Numbered from the stretch's first letter, positions 21,274 to 33,673 are shown. The stretch: 64,000 nt of DNA from Ascoidea asiatica JCM 7603 (GCA_001600695.1 BCKQ01000005.1:264215-328214); one strand, 5' to 3'. Made by a program: numbers and translations. Notes: generated by a model from the letters alone, not told the origin.

Positions 21274-22662
21274 ATGTTAGATATTGCTGAATTTATTAAA
21301 GAAAAAGGTGGAGATCCTGATAGAATTAAGAGATCTCAAAAGGCTCGTGGTGATTCTGTTGAAATTGTTGATGAAATCATTGCTGAATATAAAGAATGGG
21401 TTAAGATCAGATTTGATTTAGATGCTCTAAATAAAAAACAAAACCAAATTCAGAAAGAAATTGGTCAGAAAATGAAATTGAAACAAAGAGAGGAAGCTCT
21501 GAAATTAATCCCAATCAAAGATGAAGTCGTTAAAGAAAAAGCTGAATTAATTGAACAAGAAAAAAGAATTGATGAACAATTACGTTGGAAAGTAAATCAA
21601 ATTGGTAATATTGTACATTCATCAGTTGTAATTTCAAATGATGAAGAAAATAATGAATTAGTTAGAACCTGGAAACCAGAATCATATGAATCCATTGAAA
21701 AAATAGCTGCTGCTACTGGTGCTCCTGCAAAATTATCTCATCATGAAATTTTATTACGCCTCAATGGATATGATCCTGAAAGAGGTGTGCGTATTGTTGG
21801 TCATCGTGGTTATTTCTTAAGAAATTACGGTGTTTTTTTAAATCAAGCTTTAATTAACTATGGTTTATCATACTTAGCTAAAAGAGGTTTTACTCCTCTA
21901 CAAGCTCCTGTAATGATGAATAAGGATGTCATGGCAAAGACTGCTCAATTATCTCAATTTGATGAAGAATTATATAAAGTCATTGATGGTGAAGATGAAA
22001 AATATTTAATTGCCACTTCTGAGCAACCAATTTCGGCTTATCATGCTGGTGAGTGGTTTGAAAGTCCTGCAGAACAATTACCAATCAAATATGCTGGTTA
22101 CTCTTCTTGTTTTAGAAGAGAAGCCGGCTCCCATGGTAAAGATGCTTGGGGTATTTTTAGAGTTCATGCTTTCGAAAAGATTGAACAATTTTGTCTTACT
22201 GAACCTAGTAAATCTTGGGAAGAATTTGATAGCATGATTGAAAATTCGGAAGAATTTTATCAAAGCTTAGGTTTACCATATAGAGTTGTAGGAATTGTTT
22301 CAGGTGAACTAAATAATGCTGCTGCTAAGAAATATGATTTAGAAGCTTGGTTTCCATTTCAACAAGAATATAAGGAATTGGTTTCATGTTCTAATTGTAC
22401 CGATTATCAATCAAGAAATCTTGAAATTAGATGTGGTATTAAGAAAGGTCCTATAGCTAAAAAGGAATATGTCCATTGTCTTAATTCTACTCTTTGTGCC
22501 ACTGAAAGAGCTTTATGTTGTATTTTGGAAAATTATCAAAATGAAGATGGTTTAGTTGTTCCTGAAGTTTTAAGAAAGTATATTCCAGGTGAACCAGAAT
22601 TTTTACCTTTTGTTAAAGAACTCCATAAAAATTCTACTAGTAAGAAAGTGGGTAAAAAATAA
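21274..22662 (+). CDS. SES1: Cytoplasmic seryl-tRNA synthetase (462 aa, start MLDI)
   Basis: YLIATSEQP, FRREAGSHGKDAWGIFRVHAFEKIEQF, ELVSCSNCTDYQSR. Confidence 0.98.
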   Translation: MLDIAEFIKEKGGDPDRIKRSQKARGDSVEIVDEIIAEYKEWVKIRFDLDALNKKQNQIQKEIGQKMKLKQREEALKLIPIKDEVVKEKAELIEQEKRIDEQLRWKVNQIGNIVHSSVVISNDEENNELVRTWKPESYESIEKIAAATGAPAKLSHHEILLRLNGYDPERGVRIVGHRGYFLRNYGVFLNQALINYGLSYLAKRGFTPLQAPVMMNKDVMAKTAQLSQFDEELYKVIDGEDEKYLIATSEQPISAYHAGEWFESPAEQLPIKYAGYSSCFRREAGSHGKDAWGIFRVHAFEKIEQFCLTEPSKSWEEFDSMIENSEEFYQSLGLPYRVVGIVSGELNNAAAKKYDLEAWFPFQQEYKELVSCSNCTDYQSRNLEIRCGIKKGPIAKKEYVHCLNSTLCATERALCCILENYQNEDGLVVPEVLRKYIPGEPEFLPFVKELHKNSTSKKVGKK

Positions 22663-22785
22663 GCGTTTAGCTCTTTCAAATTTTGAATACAGGAATTGAA
22701 GTCTTTTATAGTAATACAAAAAATCAAATTTCAATTATATGAACTTAGAAGTTGTAGCATGTTTTTGTTTAAACGTTTATTAATT

Positions 22786-25023
22786 CTATAAAAGTTCTTG
22801 GAATATAGAATTTGGGACATCAATTTCATATTCTTTTGTTCCTTTTATAAGCAATGGAATTAGTTCTCCTTTTCCTACAAAAAAACTACGATGACCGGCT
22901 ATTTTCAATATTTCTTGAATTGTTTCCAAATCACAGTTTATATGGATATAAGAATTTGTTTGATAATGATTTAACCTATAACTTTTTTCAAATATTCCAA
23001 ATGTTATAAATTTTTTTATTCTTTCATGAAATTGTTCAGAAGTTTCATTTATAAATATCTTATTATTGTTGTCCGAAAAATCATTTTGAAAAACGAAAGT
23101 GGGATAATCTCTTTGTAATTGTGATTTCGAGGATCTTTTACATCTTTTTGACCTTAAATTTTCATAAATTATAGCATTATAATTATTTGACGTTCTTATT
23201 GTCCTTTCATTGCCTAAACATTTATTGAATTGAGTACTAATATCGAACTTCGAATTAGGTTCAGAGGTATTTTCAAGGCAAAAATTACTATTGTTTTCAA
23301 TATAGTCATTATAATATGAGCCCAAAATAATATTATTCCAAGAATAAATAAAAGTTTCAATAGAACTTCGTAAAGGGGAGGTGTAATATATACTTGGTAA
23401 TGGGCAACCTTTATCAAATTGTTTGATCCAACATTCATTTAACTTTTGACATTCATGTCTACCTTCTCTATTCAATTTTGGATCAAATAAGTTTTGATTA
23501 TCCATTGCTAAAGTATTAGAATCCCTGGAAAGAAATAGTAATTTATATATTTTATTATTATTTCTTGGGATAAATTTTAGTTGATTTAATATTTTATCTT
23601 TAAATTCAATTTCAAATTCTTTTTTATAAAAAACTTTTTTATTTTGAATCTTTTGATCACTTCCATCTATTTTACTATCATTAGCATTTCCATAATAATA
23701 ATTTTTAAACTTCTGCACTTTGCAATTAACATTATCTTCCTGTTTTATTTTTTTTTCAATATAATTCTTCTCTAACTTTTGCCTCAATTCAACTATATTT
23801 TTTTTGAAAGTTTCATTTGATTTTCTATTAAAATTTTTATTATCTTTGATAGAATCATTGATTAAGCTTTTAACATATAAAGTCACATATTCCCATTCTT
23901 TATCAGCAATTCCAAAATTATTTAAAAGTGGTTTATAAGATAAATCATTGATATATTTTTTATCTTGTTCAAATAAACCAGAAATCAGTTCGAATTTCCA
24001 AGATATTTTATCAATCTTACCAATCTTAGCAATTCTAGATTTATTTAATAATATTAATTTATTTGAGATATAAGATAAATCGAAAGGATCAATTTCAGTT
24101 GGAATAATATTATTAGTATTTCTTTGTTTATCTTTGAGAATTGATTTTTCAAAATTATTTTTGATATTTAAAGTATAAGATAAAGATGGGGATTTTTTTC
24201 GATTTTCTTTCTTTTTACTATTAATATTGGTATTGATATTAGTAATAATATTGGTATTAGGATGAGCATTTAGATCTGTATCAATGCTGATATTTGATTT
24301 TGTATGATTTAGATCATATAATTGATCTATTGAAAAAGTTGAGTAATCAGTAGTTAATCTATTATTAATATCAATATTATTATTAATATTATTATTGAAA
24401 TCTAATTGCTTTTCAAAATAAGATATAGGGGTAGTATTGGAAGCCATTGAATTTAGACTTGTTACGCTTTGTAAATTATTTTGAAATTTCAAGTTTGAAT
24501 TTGAATTTGAATTTAAATTTGAGTTTGAATAAAGATTTATAGATTGATTTTTATTTTGATTTTGATCAGAATCTGATTCATCTGAAAAAGGAATTGAAGA
24601 AAACTCTGGATCATAAGATTTCGTTGAATACAAAGAGTTTACGGATGAAGATAATGTCAGACTACGATATCGTTGATTATTACTATGACTTGAATTTATA
24701 TTCAGCTTTTGTTTATCCCTCTTATGATGTTTGTTTAAATGGTGTCTATTATATTTATCCAAAATAGTTGACATAGAAATAGTTCTTGAATGGCGATGTC
24801 TATAACCATCTATATTTCTGGAATTTACATTTGAGACCTTATTATTTGTGATGAAATTATTATCTGCTGTAGTTACTTGAATTATTGGAGGAGATTTAGA
24901 TACAGGAGGAAAAGAAAAATTTATAGCATTTTGATCAGTATCCTTTTCTAGTTCCCTATATTGTTCCTGACTTTCCAGGTTAGAATTATTTAGTCTATTA
25001 CAAAAAGTAGAAAATGATTTCAT
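22786..25023 (-). CDS. PMU1-like histidine-phosphatase/phosphoglycerate-mutase-fold protein, probably inactive, with long N/S-rich N-terminus
   Basis: FELISGLFEQD, NFGI..KEW, YKLLFLSRDS, DPKLNREG, YYTSPLRSSIETF, ENLR, LQRDYP.F.F and ETSEQFHER follow the PMU1 family order; RHG is absent. Confidence 0.7.
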   Translation of the reverse strand: MKSFSTFCNRLNNSNLESQEQYRELEKDTDQNAINFSFPPVSKSPPIIQVTTADNNFITNNKVSNVNSRNIDGYRHRHSRTISMSTILDKYNRHHLNKHHKRDKQKLNINSSHSNNQRYRSLTLSSSVNSLYSTKSYDPEFSSIPFSDESDSDQNQNKNQSINLYSNSNLNSNSNSNLKFQNNLQSVTSLNSMASNTTPISYFEKQLDFNNNINNNIDINNRLTTDYSTFSIDQLYDLNHTKSNISIDTDLNAHPNTNIITNINTNINSKKKENRKKSPSLSYTLNIKNNFEKSILKDKQRNTNNIIPTEIDPFDLSYISNKLILLNKSRIAKIGKIDKISWKFELISGLFEQDKKYINDLSYKPLLNNFGIADKEWEYVTLYVKSLINDSIKDNKNFNRKSNETFKKNIVELRQKLEKNYIEKKIKQEDNVNCKVQKFKNYYYGNANDSKIDGSDQKIQNKKVFYKKEFEIEFKDKILNQLKFIPRNNNKIYKLLFLSRDSNTLAMDNQNLFDPKLNREGRHECQKLNECWIKQFDKGCPLPSIYYTSPLRSSIETFIYSWNNIILGSYYNDYIENNSNFCLENTSEPNSKFDISTQFNKCLGNERTIRTSNNYNAIIYENLRSKRCKRSSKSQLQRDYPTFVFQNDFSDNNNKIFINETSEQFHERIKKFITFGIFEKSYRLNHYQTNSYIHINCDLETIQEILKIAGHRSFFVGKGELIPLLIKGTKEYEIDVPNSIFQELL

Positions 25024-25284
25024 GTTTATTACTGATTCTTCCTATTTTATTTACTGAATTATTATTAAATATAAAAACAAAGAAGAAAAAGAATGTGAAA
25101 ATAAAATATATTAAATGAAAAGTTACTTCAACTGATTTTAGTAACATACCAAAACACAAAGTATGTTTTGATAAAACAATATTAATTTCTTGATTTATTA
25201 AATCAAAACCAGAATTACATTTCATCAAATTGATCAAAGAAATTTAAATCATCCTTAAATTTCCAATGAAGTAAAGGATTGTAA

Positions 25285-25303
25285 GATAGATAGATAGATA
25301 GAT
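25285..25303 (+). repeat. (AGAT)n microsatellite
   Basis: agatagatagatagatagat seen directly. Confidence 0.8.
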
Positions 25304-26364
25304 ACTGTGTATTGTAATCCCCATTATTATTTGTAAATGCATTTCAGCAAAGTTTACTTTCGATTCAAATTTTAAAGCAACATCTACAATATGGTAACGT
25401 TGAAATAATAGATAAAATATACAGTAACTAGACTTCCAGTGAAAACTCAACCCTACACTGAACAAAAATAACATCAAATTTAATATCATAGTAGCTAATT
25501 TTACACGTGAATTAAATTATCTTCCAAGAAATATGTTTTCATTTTGTACCATTTTTGAACATTTTATAGCTAGATGTTGGATGTACGATTTTGGAAGAAA
25601 ACTCAAGAAGACTCTGATACTGACAAGTCTGAATGGTTTACTTTAAGTAAAGCGAATGACATTACATAAGAAAGTTGTAACCTCCTAAGAGCTTGTGTAA
25701 TAAGCTTAACTTCCCGAAAAATGGGCACACAATTCCAGACTAGTTTCACACTCTCGTTCGACAGACTCGGGTACCATCAGTCAAAACCTAGATAAGTCAT
25801 CTGATACATTCACTAATATCTCTAATTTCCCATAAAGCACGTGATGTTGCATGTGGTATCGGTAGTTCAATGAATATACGAAATCCTTTAACTACAGTAG
25901 ACGATGATAAGGTTACGTGGCTCTACAGAAATTTTACAAGTCTTGAAATTGAATTCAAATTGAAGTTAAAATTGAAATTGATTAAAACCCATGGCTATGG
26001 TGCTTTTAATAAGGAGTAAATCTTTGATTATATAATCTTTGAAAATAAACACAGTTAAGGCTGATGAAATGTACAGTGCCTCCTTGACGATAATAACTAC
26101 CATATATTACCCGTTAGTTCTTAAATTAAATCAATACATTTGATAAGTGATAAATATCAACTTATCAACTTTAAGTTCGTTATCAATTTTTTTTTATTTA
26201 TTAACTGCAAATTTTATTAAAAATTTACATAAAGGTTGATTCGATTTCAAATTTCTGAAAATTATAAGCATATAATTTTAAAGTGTATCAATCAATTCAA
26301 TTAAAAGTATCTTTTTAATTCCAATCGAATAAGTGAACAATTAAAAATTTTAAAATCTAAAAAT

Positions 26365-27681
26365 ATGGTAAAAGGTTTATTTGATCCTGAATTACAAGCT
26401 CCAGAACCTATGGAAGGTCATTCTGCAACAAAATTATTCAATAAATTAAGTGGCCAACCAGAATCTTATGCTAGAAGAAAAAACTATGTATTTGGTAAAC
26501 CTTTAGGTTGTGGTACTTTTGGTGCTGTGAGAGCTGCTTTGAATATTAGAACTAATGAAGAAGTTGCAGTTAAAATTATTTTGAAAAAAACTTTAAAAGG
26601 AAACTTCAATATGGTTTATGATGAATTAAAATTATTGCAAATTTTACACCATAAACATATTGTAGGTTTCAGAGATTGGTTCGAAAGTAAAGATAAATTT
26701 TATATTATAACTCAATTGGCAACTGGTGGTGAATTATTTGATAGAATTATTGAAAGAGGTAAATTCACTGAAAAGGATGCTGCAAGTTGTATTTCCCAAA
26801 TATTACAGGCTTTATCTTATCTTCATAGTAATAATGTCGTTCATAGAGATTTGAAACCAGAAAATGTCTTATATATTTCAAAAGATTATGACTCTGCAAT
26901 TGTTTTAGCTGATTTTGGAATTGCAAAAAAATTGAGAAATAGTAATGAAAAAATAACTTCAACTGCCGGTTCTTTTGGTTATGCTGCTCCTGAAGTATTA
27001 TCTGGCCTAGCTCATGGTAAACCTTGTGATATTTGGTCTTTAGGTATAATTACATATACTTTATTATGTGGTTATTCTCCTATTAGAGCTGAAACTATTA
27101 ATGATTTTCTTTTAGAAGTTCAGCATGATAACTGTATTGTGTTTCATAAAAGATATTGGGAAGAAATTTCTGACGATGCTAAATATTTTATTTTAAAAAT
27201 GTTAAGAGTTGATCCTAATAAAAGAGCAACAGCAGATGAGTTATTAAATGATATATGGATTAAAGAAACTTCTTCAGAGCATACCGATCTTGATCTATTA
27301 CCTAATCTAAAAGAAGGTTTCAACGCAAGAGTTAAGTTCAGACAAGCAATTGAAATTGTCAAACTTAATAATAGATTAAAAGCTTTGAGAGACGAATGTG
27401 CTGCCGAAGGTATTGAAGATGATGATGATGCTTTCGGTGCATATGTTCCCAAAGAAAATTTAGGCTCAACAATTGGTAATAGATTATCATCTTTAATACC
27501 AAATCTTAATAATACTTCAACTGGAAGTAAAAAGAGTCCAAGAAATTCAATGATTTCTCATACACCTTCTTCTTCTATTGGTAAAAGTGAGTTAACAATC
27601 AAAGCATTTCAACAAATGGTTATAACTGCTCAACAAAATAAGGATAAAATCAATCCAGAAAATGATGGTCAATCAAAATAG
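26365..27681 (+). CDS. CMK2: Ca2+/calmodulin-dependent protein kinase (Cmk1/Cmk2 ortholog)
   Basis: GQPESY N-terminus, LATGGELFDRI, HRDLKPEN, ADFG, GSFGYAAPE and the CaM-binding FRQAIEIVKLNNRL. Confidence 0.9.
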   Translation: MVKGLFDPELQAPEPMEGHSATKLFNKLSGQPESYARRKNYVFGKPLGCGTFGAVRAALNIRTNEEVAVKIILKKTLKGNFNMVYDELKLLQILHHKHIVGFRDWFESKDKFYIITQLATGGELFDRIIERGKFTEKDAASCISQILQALSYLHSNNVVHRDLKPENVLYISKDYDSAIVLADFGIAKKLRNSNEKITSTAGSFGYAAPEVLSGLAHGKPCDIWSLGIITYTLLCGYSPIRAETINDFLLEVQHDNCIVFHKRYWEEISDDAKYFILKMLRVDPNKRATADELLNDIWIKETSSEHTDLDLLPNLKEGFNARVKFRQAIEIVKLNNRLKALRDECAAEGIEDDDDAFGAYVPKENLGSTIGNRLSSLIPNLNNTSTGSKKSPRNSMISHTPSSSIGKSELTIKAFQQMVITAQQNKDKINPENDGQSK

Positions 27682-28346
27682 TGTAATTTATCAATATAAC
27701 AATTTTAAAGCATTTTCAAGCATTATTTAGTTTTTTTTTCAATTTAACTCTCCATTTTTTAGTTACAATATATATACAGTATATATATTTTTTGTTACAG
27801 TCCATATTTAACTCAGTAGCTGTAAATGAATAATTCCAGCTTCAAAATTAATGATTATAAATTCGTACCCTTTTGAGGTTTTGACCTTTGTATGTTCTGT
27901 GGCCAAATAATAATGAATAAAACTGAGCACTTCTAGAAATTTTAGCCAATCCTATTCAGCTTGGCTACCATAAATAATCTGTGAAAGAAGGCTATCTGAG
28001 TGATGAATTTAGGATCAGTTATTATTAAAATTGTATTAAAATTTATTAAAGCTATTATGAATTGCTTAATTATTGATAAATGGGGAAAAATATACATAAT
28101 AATTGGCTAAAGACACCTAACAATTGACCAACTAGTGCTACGTAGTCCTATTTCAGACCGGTTACTATTATTTCGGTTCTCTTTAGATTTGTGCTTTCTT
28201 AGATCTACCACTTAACACGAAGTAGGATTGCAGTACATAACTGATGGCGGAAAGTTTTCCGGAACCATTATTGAGAATTACAGGAAACCTATGGATAAGA
28301 GGAGATTCTTATGCTTTTCCGACCATGCGGAAAAGTGAAGGGGTTT

Positions 28347-28355
28347 TCACGTGGG
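28347..28355 (+). promoter_or_regulatory. bHLH E-box TCACGTGGG (Pho4/Cbf1/Tye7-type) upstream of IPP1
   Basis: Motif seen about 420 bp upstream of the ATG. Confidence 0.45.
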
Positions 28356-28774
28356 TCTAACAGCCACTGTTTTTCCTAACTTGGATGTGGAAGGAGGTTT
28401 TTCATATTTAGCTGCGCTTCTGTTTATTTATTCTCTGAGGAAGAAAAATGTCACCCAATGAAAGCGAAAAATTTTCTCGTGTTGAACAATTGTGGCTGGA
28501 ACTTGGATTCAGTCGATATGAAAAATGCGAACTTTTTCACCTTGTCAAATCTTAACCCATTTTTTTTGGAATTTGATACGCATCCCGTTTCCAATGGTTT
28601 ACATAATAAATCAGCTATTTAAGAAGAGCAAATTAACCTTTCTTCTTTTTATCAAAAGAAAGAATATAAGTTTTTAATATTTATCAAAAAAATTTATCAA
28701 TTGATTTCAAATAGTCTTTTTAATTCTTATAAAATATCTATTTATTTGTTCTTTTTAAATTTTCAACTTTTATA

Positions 28775-29632
28775 ATGGTTTTTTCTACTCGTCAAGTCGG
28801 TGCTAAAAACACCTTAGACTATAAAGTTTATATTGAAGAAGATGGAAAACCAGTATCTCCTTTCCATGATATTCCTTTATTTGCTGATCAATCAAAGGGT
28901 ATTTATAATATGGTTGTTGAAATTCCTAGATGGACAAATGCAAAATTAGAAATTACAAAAGAATTACCTTTAAATCCAATTGTTCAAGATACTAAAAAGG
29001 GCAAATTAAGATTTGTTAGAAATTGTTTTCCTCATCATGGTTATATTCATAATTATGGTGCTTTTCCACAGACTTGGGAAGATCCTAATGTTGTTAATGC
29101 GGAAACTAAAGCAAAAGGTGATGATGATCCATTAGATGTTCTTGAAATTGGTGAACAAATTGCTTATTCAGGCCAAGTTAAACAAGTTAAAGCCTTGGGT
29201 GTCATGGCTCTTATAGATGAAGGTGAAACTGATTGGAAAGTTATAGTAATTGATGTTAATGATCCATTAGCTAACAAATTACATGATATTGAAGATGTTG
29301 AAAGACATTTACCTGGTTTATTAAGAGCTACTAATGAATGGTTTAGAATTTATAAAATTCCTGATGGAAAACCCGAAAATCAATTTGCCTTTTCTGGTGA
29401 AGCCAAAAATAAAAAATATGCTGAAGAAGTTATCGCAGAGTGTAATTTAGCTTGGAAAAATTTAATCCGTGGTGCTACTCAATCAAATAAAATCTCTTTA
29501 GCTAACACCACCTTATCAGAAACTCCTTCATTTACTTCCATTCCTCAGGTCCCCGCAGCTTTACCTTTACCTGATGCTAAAATTGATGCTTCAATCGATA
29601 AATGGTTTTTCATTTCAGGTGCTTCTGCCTAA
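28775..29632 (+). CDS. IPP1: Cytoplasmic inorganic pyrophosphatase
   Basis: [54 protein letters not shown]. Confidence 0.98.
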   Translation: MVFSTRQVGAKNTLDYKVYIEEDGKPVSPFHDIPLFADQSKGIYNMVVEIPRWTNAKLEITKELPLNPIVQDTKKGKLRFVRNCFPHHGYIHNYGAFPQTWEDPNVVNAETKAKGDDDPLDVLEIGEQIAYSGQVKQVKALGVMALIDEGETDWKVIVIDVNDPLANKLHDIEDVERHLPGLLRATNEWFRIYKIPDGKPENQFAFSGEAKNKKYAEEVIAECNLAWKNLIRGATQSNKISLANTTLSETPSFTSIPQVPAALPLPDAKIDASIDKWFFISGASA

Positions 29633-29836
29633 ACATTTTTTAAGGATTTAACTTCACCTAAAATAAAATTTTAATAAAATCATCATTTATTTTATTTTTT
29701 CTCGTTACAAATTCAAGTTTACTCATTCATTTAAAAATATTTCGTAAAAAATGTCAAAAAAAAAAATTAAAATTTATATACTATAACATAATGGTAATTA
29801 TCTAATCAAAATTTATCGGTAGCTCAATTTATGTAC

Positions 29837-32053
29837 TTATTTATTTACCTTTCCCTTTCTATCGTTCTTTTCTCTTTGTATTGTTGTCTCTCTCAAAAAT
29901 TTTATATGAGCTTTGATTTCGTGACATAATTCTGGTTGACTTATTTCTTCAAAGGTTTTAAACTGTATTTTTATTTCACAAATAAAATATTCCATATATC
30001 CCCATTGAATTAGTTCAAGATCAGATCCTCCAATTTCATTGGTTCCCCATAACCTTATTCTGTTACCACCGTTATCAACTAAAACATTATCCCTTAATAA
30101 CTGTAAAGGATTCAATTTTGGAAAATTAGCATGAAGAAATAAAATCCTAGGATTTAATCCTTTTATTGATTTATTTTCCAAGTTTAATTCTTCATTTGCA
30201 TCTTCAAAGGTTGAAAATAGACGTCCATCTAATATTTTCATATTTTCTTCATATCTTTTAAAGTCATCCACTGGATCAAATTGAACCATTGCAGAACCAT
30301 GATAGGACCCATCTTTATGATGTCCAAAAACTCCAACAAACTTATTCACTTGATAGAAAGGTTTTTGCAACTTAACTGCGGCGGCTAAAAAAGTATCTTT
30401 ATCACCTTCACCAGTACTACCTTGACCCAATAAAGGGTAATAATAATCTGGACCAAACGTATTATAATATAAAGATAATAATAAAGTTTTGAAATGTAAC
30501 TTCTTTGAAACCATAACTTGACCTGATTCACTTGAACCGTCAGGTATTGTACCATTTCTATCGTGAAATGGGATTCTATCTAAATCAATTTCATCCTTTT
30601 GAATTATTCCACCTTCATGAATACCGTAATTTGAGTATCCATATCTAATTCTATTTGTAACAGTTGTATTTATAATATCATAAAAATAAGGAGAAGTAGT
30701 TCGCCTCCAAAAATCTGGCCAAGTTATTAAGCCCTTTGATATAAAAGGATCATTTTTGAATAAATAATCTGGATTTTCAACAGGAATATTATCAGCATCT
30801 AATAATAAGACATTTTCAAAAGAAGAAGATAATATTGCTAAAATTTTATATTGATAGCCATGAAATTTGAATGTTGATGTAACTTGATTACCTAAAACTA
30901 AAGGCAAATAAACACAACGAGCATTATATATTGGAAAAACAGTAGAACATAAATTAATGTCATAATCTTCTAAAGAAGGTATTAAAACTTCAACAGGTAA
31001 AGTTGAACCTAATCTTCTAAGATTTTTAATAGATAATAAGGATAACCAATTAAACCTTCCTCCACCTGCATATACTATACCATTACCTTTATAAGATAAT
31101 TTTTTGAAATTAAAATTATCAGGGATATTATTTAAAAAAGTTGAATGTTGAGTTTTAAGAGAATTTATTTCGGATATATTTAAATTTAAAAATTGAGATA
31201 AATAAGTTACATCGAATATTGGTATATCTATATTATTTCCTCTATTATGACCAATTGTTGGTGCCTTTTTATCCGTTTTGTAATTATTATGAGCCAACGA
31301 AGGAATCAATGGTTTTGAGGAATCTATCAAAGTAAATAATTTTTTAAAAAAATCATTAATATTTTTTAGAGGAATACTTGATTTATCAAAAAAGTAGGAA
31401 TTTAAAGCAATGCATTTTAATTTTTGAATATTTAATTCTATCAATTCTTTCTTATGACATAATTGAGTATCAGATAATTCATTATCTGAAAATTCATCAT
31501 TAGTTGACGATTCATCTTTCGATGACTCATCCGGGGTTATATTTGATATTAGGTAAAGTTCAGCAACAATTTTATCAATTAATCTTTGATGGATAGGAGT
31601 AATATTAACAGCTGTTGAATTTAAAGTATCTTTCTGAGAATTTGTTTTCTCAGAATCAGAATCAGAATTATGAATAGAATTAGGATTTGCTTTGGAATTT
31701 ATTGAAGAAGATTTGAAAGGATTCAAATAATCAAAAAATGAAGAAGGGGGATTGTTTTCCTTTGAATAATCCAACTCTGAATCATAAGCATAAGAAGATT
31801 CATAAATTTCGCTACCATCATCGGCATCATTATTAGATTTATAATACGCTTCTAATTTATCATCAAGTATTTTAGAATTCGAAAGTGAACTTATTGGATT
31901 CAAATTTATATCTTTTATCAGATGATCATTTTTTGAAATATTTAATATATTGATTATGAAGATTATAAAAATGAAAGATATTAAAATAAAAGATTTCTGC
32001 TTAAATTTTGGATATATTAATCTTTTTAAAGTATAGTGAGACATATTTCCCAT
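29837..32053 (-). CDS. MNN2: Golgi alpha-1,2-mannosyltransferase (GT71, Mnn2/Mnn5 family)
   Basis: Type II N-terminal TM, GSTLPVEV, LLLDADN (DxD), WPDFWRRTTSP, SESGQ, GEGDKDTF, HANFPKLNP. Confidence 0.85.
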   Translation of the reverse strand: MGNMSHYTLKRLIYPKFKQKSFILISFIFIIFIINILNISKNDHLIKDINLNPISSLSNSKILDDKLEAYYKSNNDADDGSEIYESSYAYDSELDYSKENNPPSSFFDYLNPFKSSSINSKANPNSIHNSDSDSEKTNSQKDTLNSTAVNITPIHQRLIDKIVAELYLISNITPDESSKDESSTNDEFSDNELSDTQLCHKKELIELNIQKLKCIALNSYFFDKSSIPLKNINDFFKKLFTLIDSSKPLIPSLAHNNYKTDKKAPTIGHNRGNNIDIPIFDVTYLSQFLNLNISEINSLKTQHSTFLNNIPDNFNFKKLSYKGNGIVYAGGGRFNWLSLLSIKNLRRLGSTLPVEVLIPSLEDYDINLCSTVFPIYNARCVYLPLVLGNQVTSTFKFHGYQYKILAILSSSFENVLLLDADNIPVENPDYLFKNDPFISKGLITWPDFWRRTTSPYFYDIINTTVTNRIRYGYSNYGIHEGGIIQKDEIDLDRIPFHDRNGTIPDGSSESGQVMVSKKLHFKTLLLSLYYNTFGPDYYYPLLGQGSTGEGDKDTFLAAAVKLQKPFYQVNKFVGVFGHHKDGSYHGSAMVQFDPVDDFKRYEENMKILDGRLFSTFEDANEELNLENKSIKGLNPRILFLHANFPKLNPLQLLRDNVLVDNGGNRIRLWGTNEIGGSDLELIQWGYMEYFICEIKIQFKTFEEISQPELCHEIKAHIKFLRETTIQREKNDRKGKVNK

Positions 32054-33673
32054 TGAATATAAAACTGAATTAAGAGAAAAAATTTTGATTAGATGTAAAA
32101 TATGTAGATAGTGTTAATTTTTGTCCAAAATTGAAAATCTTGTCAATACTAGTAAATGGATATTAATTTGATCTATTAAAAATATATTGAGAGTAAATTG
32201 ATAATATATTTATTGATTTAATGATTGATTTTGAGATTTGAACAAATTTAATAAAGATGAAACTTTGAAGAAAACAATAAATGAAATGACAAAGTATTGG
32301 GAATGAAGCTCTTTAACTTTACTATTTCTAACTACAGTTATTTTTTAGGAAAATTACTATTGAAATATCTCAGCTTTCTTGAAGAGAATGAGAATAGTTT
32401 ATTTCAATATGAAAGAGTCAAGCAAAAGATGAGGTTTCAAATGTTAGAGAAATAAACGTTAATATATATCGTGAATACTATGTGAATATTTTTTTGAATA
32501 TTTTTAGGATACCTAGTTTGTAAAGCTAGGGAATATTTAGGGAATATATCGCGTAAAATAGAAAAGAAAAAATTCCTGAAATTAGTTAAAAATTAGAAGT
32601 AAGAGAAATAACTAAAGTGAAAATGAGACAAGAACTGTTTTTCCAAACAAGAAAAGGAGCAAATAAAGCCAACCTTGAAAGCGTCAATACTGTTTAATAC
32701 TGCTATCACAGAACAGTACTTACTGGTAAGAAGAACCATTTCAATGGTTGGGGCTTCATAAAAAAACAAAAAGTTTCCTTCTTTTCTCAAAATGATTTAT
32801 TGGCTACTGCCACATACAGTCGAATGCGCTCTCTTGAAGAATCTTTTAAAATCTATGGAAAAATTAAGAGTTTTCTAAGAAAAATCTTTTGGGAAAACAT
32901 TTGATTCTTTCCTTATTCCTGTCTGAAGTTACCGTCAGGTAGTTAAAAAACTTTTGAGATTGTTTTCAATGAGCAATATACAAGATCTGCAAGAAGGCCA
33001 GATATATTTGGGTATTTTTGGATGGATTGGGGTGAATTTGAATATATATGAATATATTTAGATATTTAGTAATAATCGTATTACATTACAGGTAGACATT
33101 TAGTATTCTTAGATGCCCCCTATCCGCTATGCGGCATCCTGTTTCCGTCGGCCTTCCTATTTTTTCAAGGCTTGTTTCATACTTGTTTGATTAAAAGCAG
33201 AACTAAAAATACTAAATTTGTTAGCTTAGAAAAAAGGTTTCTGCACTTGGTGGAACCTGCAAACATTTTATATGTCCAATTTACGTATTTTACTTGAATA
33301 TCGTGCACTAAGCCTTTGTGTTGTCTCTTGGCATGGAACGTGTGCTTAGAAATGCAGGTTAATTAGGTTTTTTAAACTTTGTGCCTCTCTCCACGCTAGG
33401 AAACTTTCTTTGAGAGCTCATCTTGCCAATTTTGAAATCTTCAGTTTAAGGTTGATAATGTAAAAGCCAAGAGAATTCAGAGAAACACCCATCTCAAGTT
33501 ATAAAAAAATACAATCATACAATCATCAGAATAGAAATTCTGACAAAGAGCAAAAAATTAATTGACTAGGAATATATTATCCACCAAGTATATAATCATT
33601 GAAATACACCTTTAAGTTTATTACTTTACCTATGGGAAAGATGTGATTCCGAATTTGTATGAGAATTAGAATT

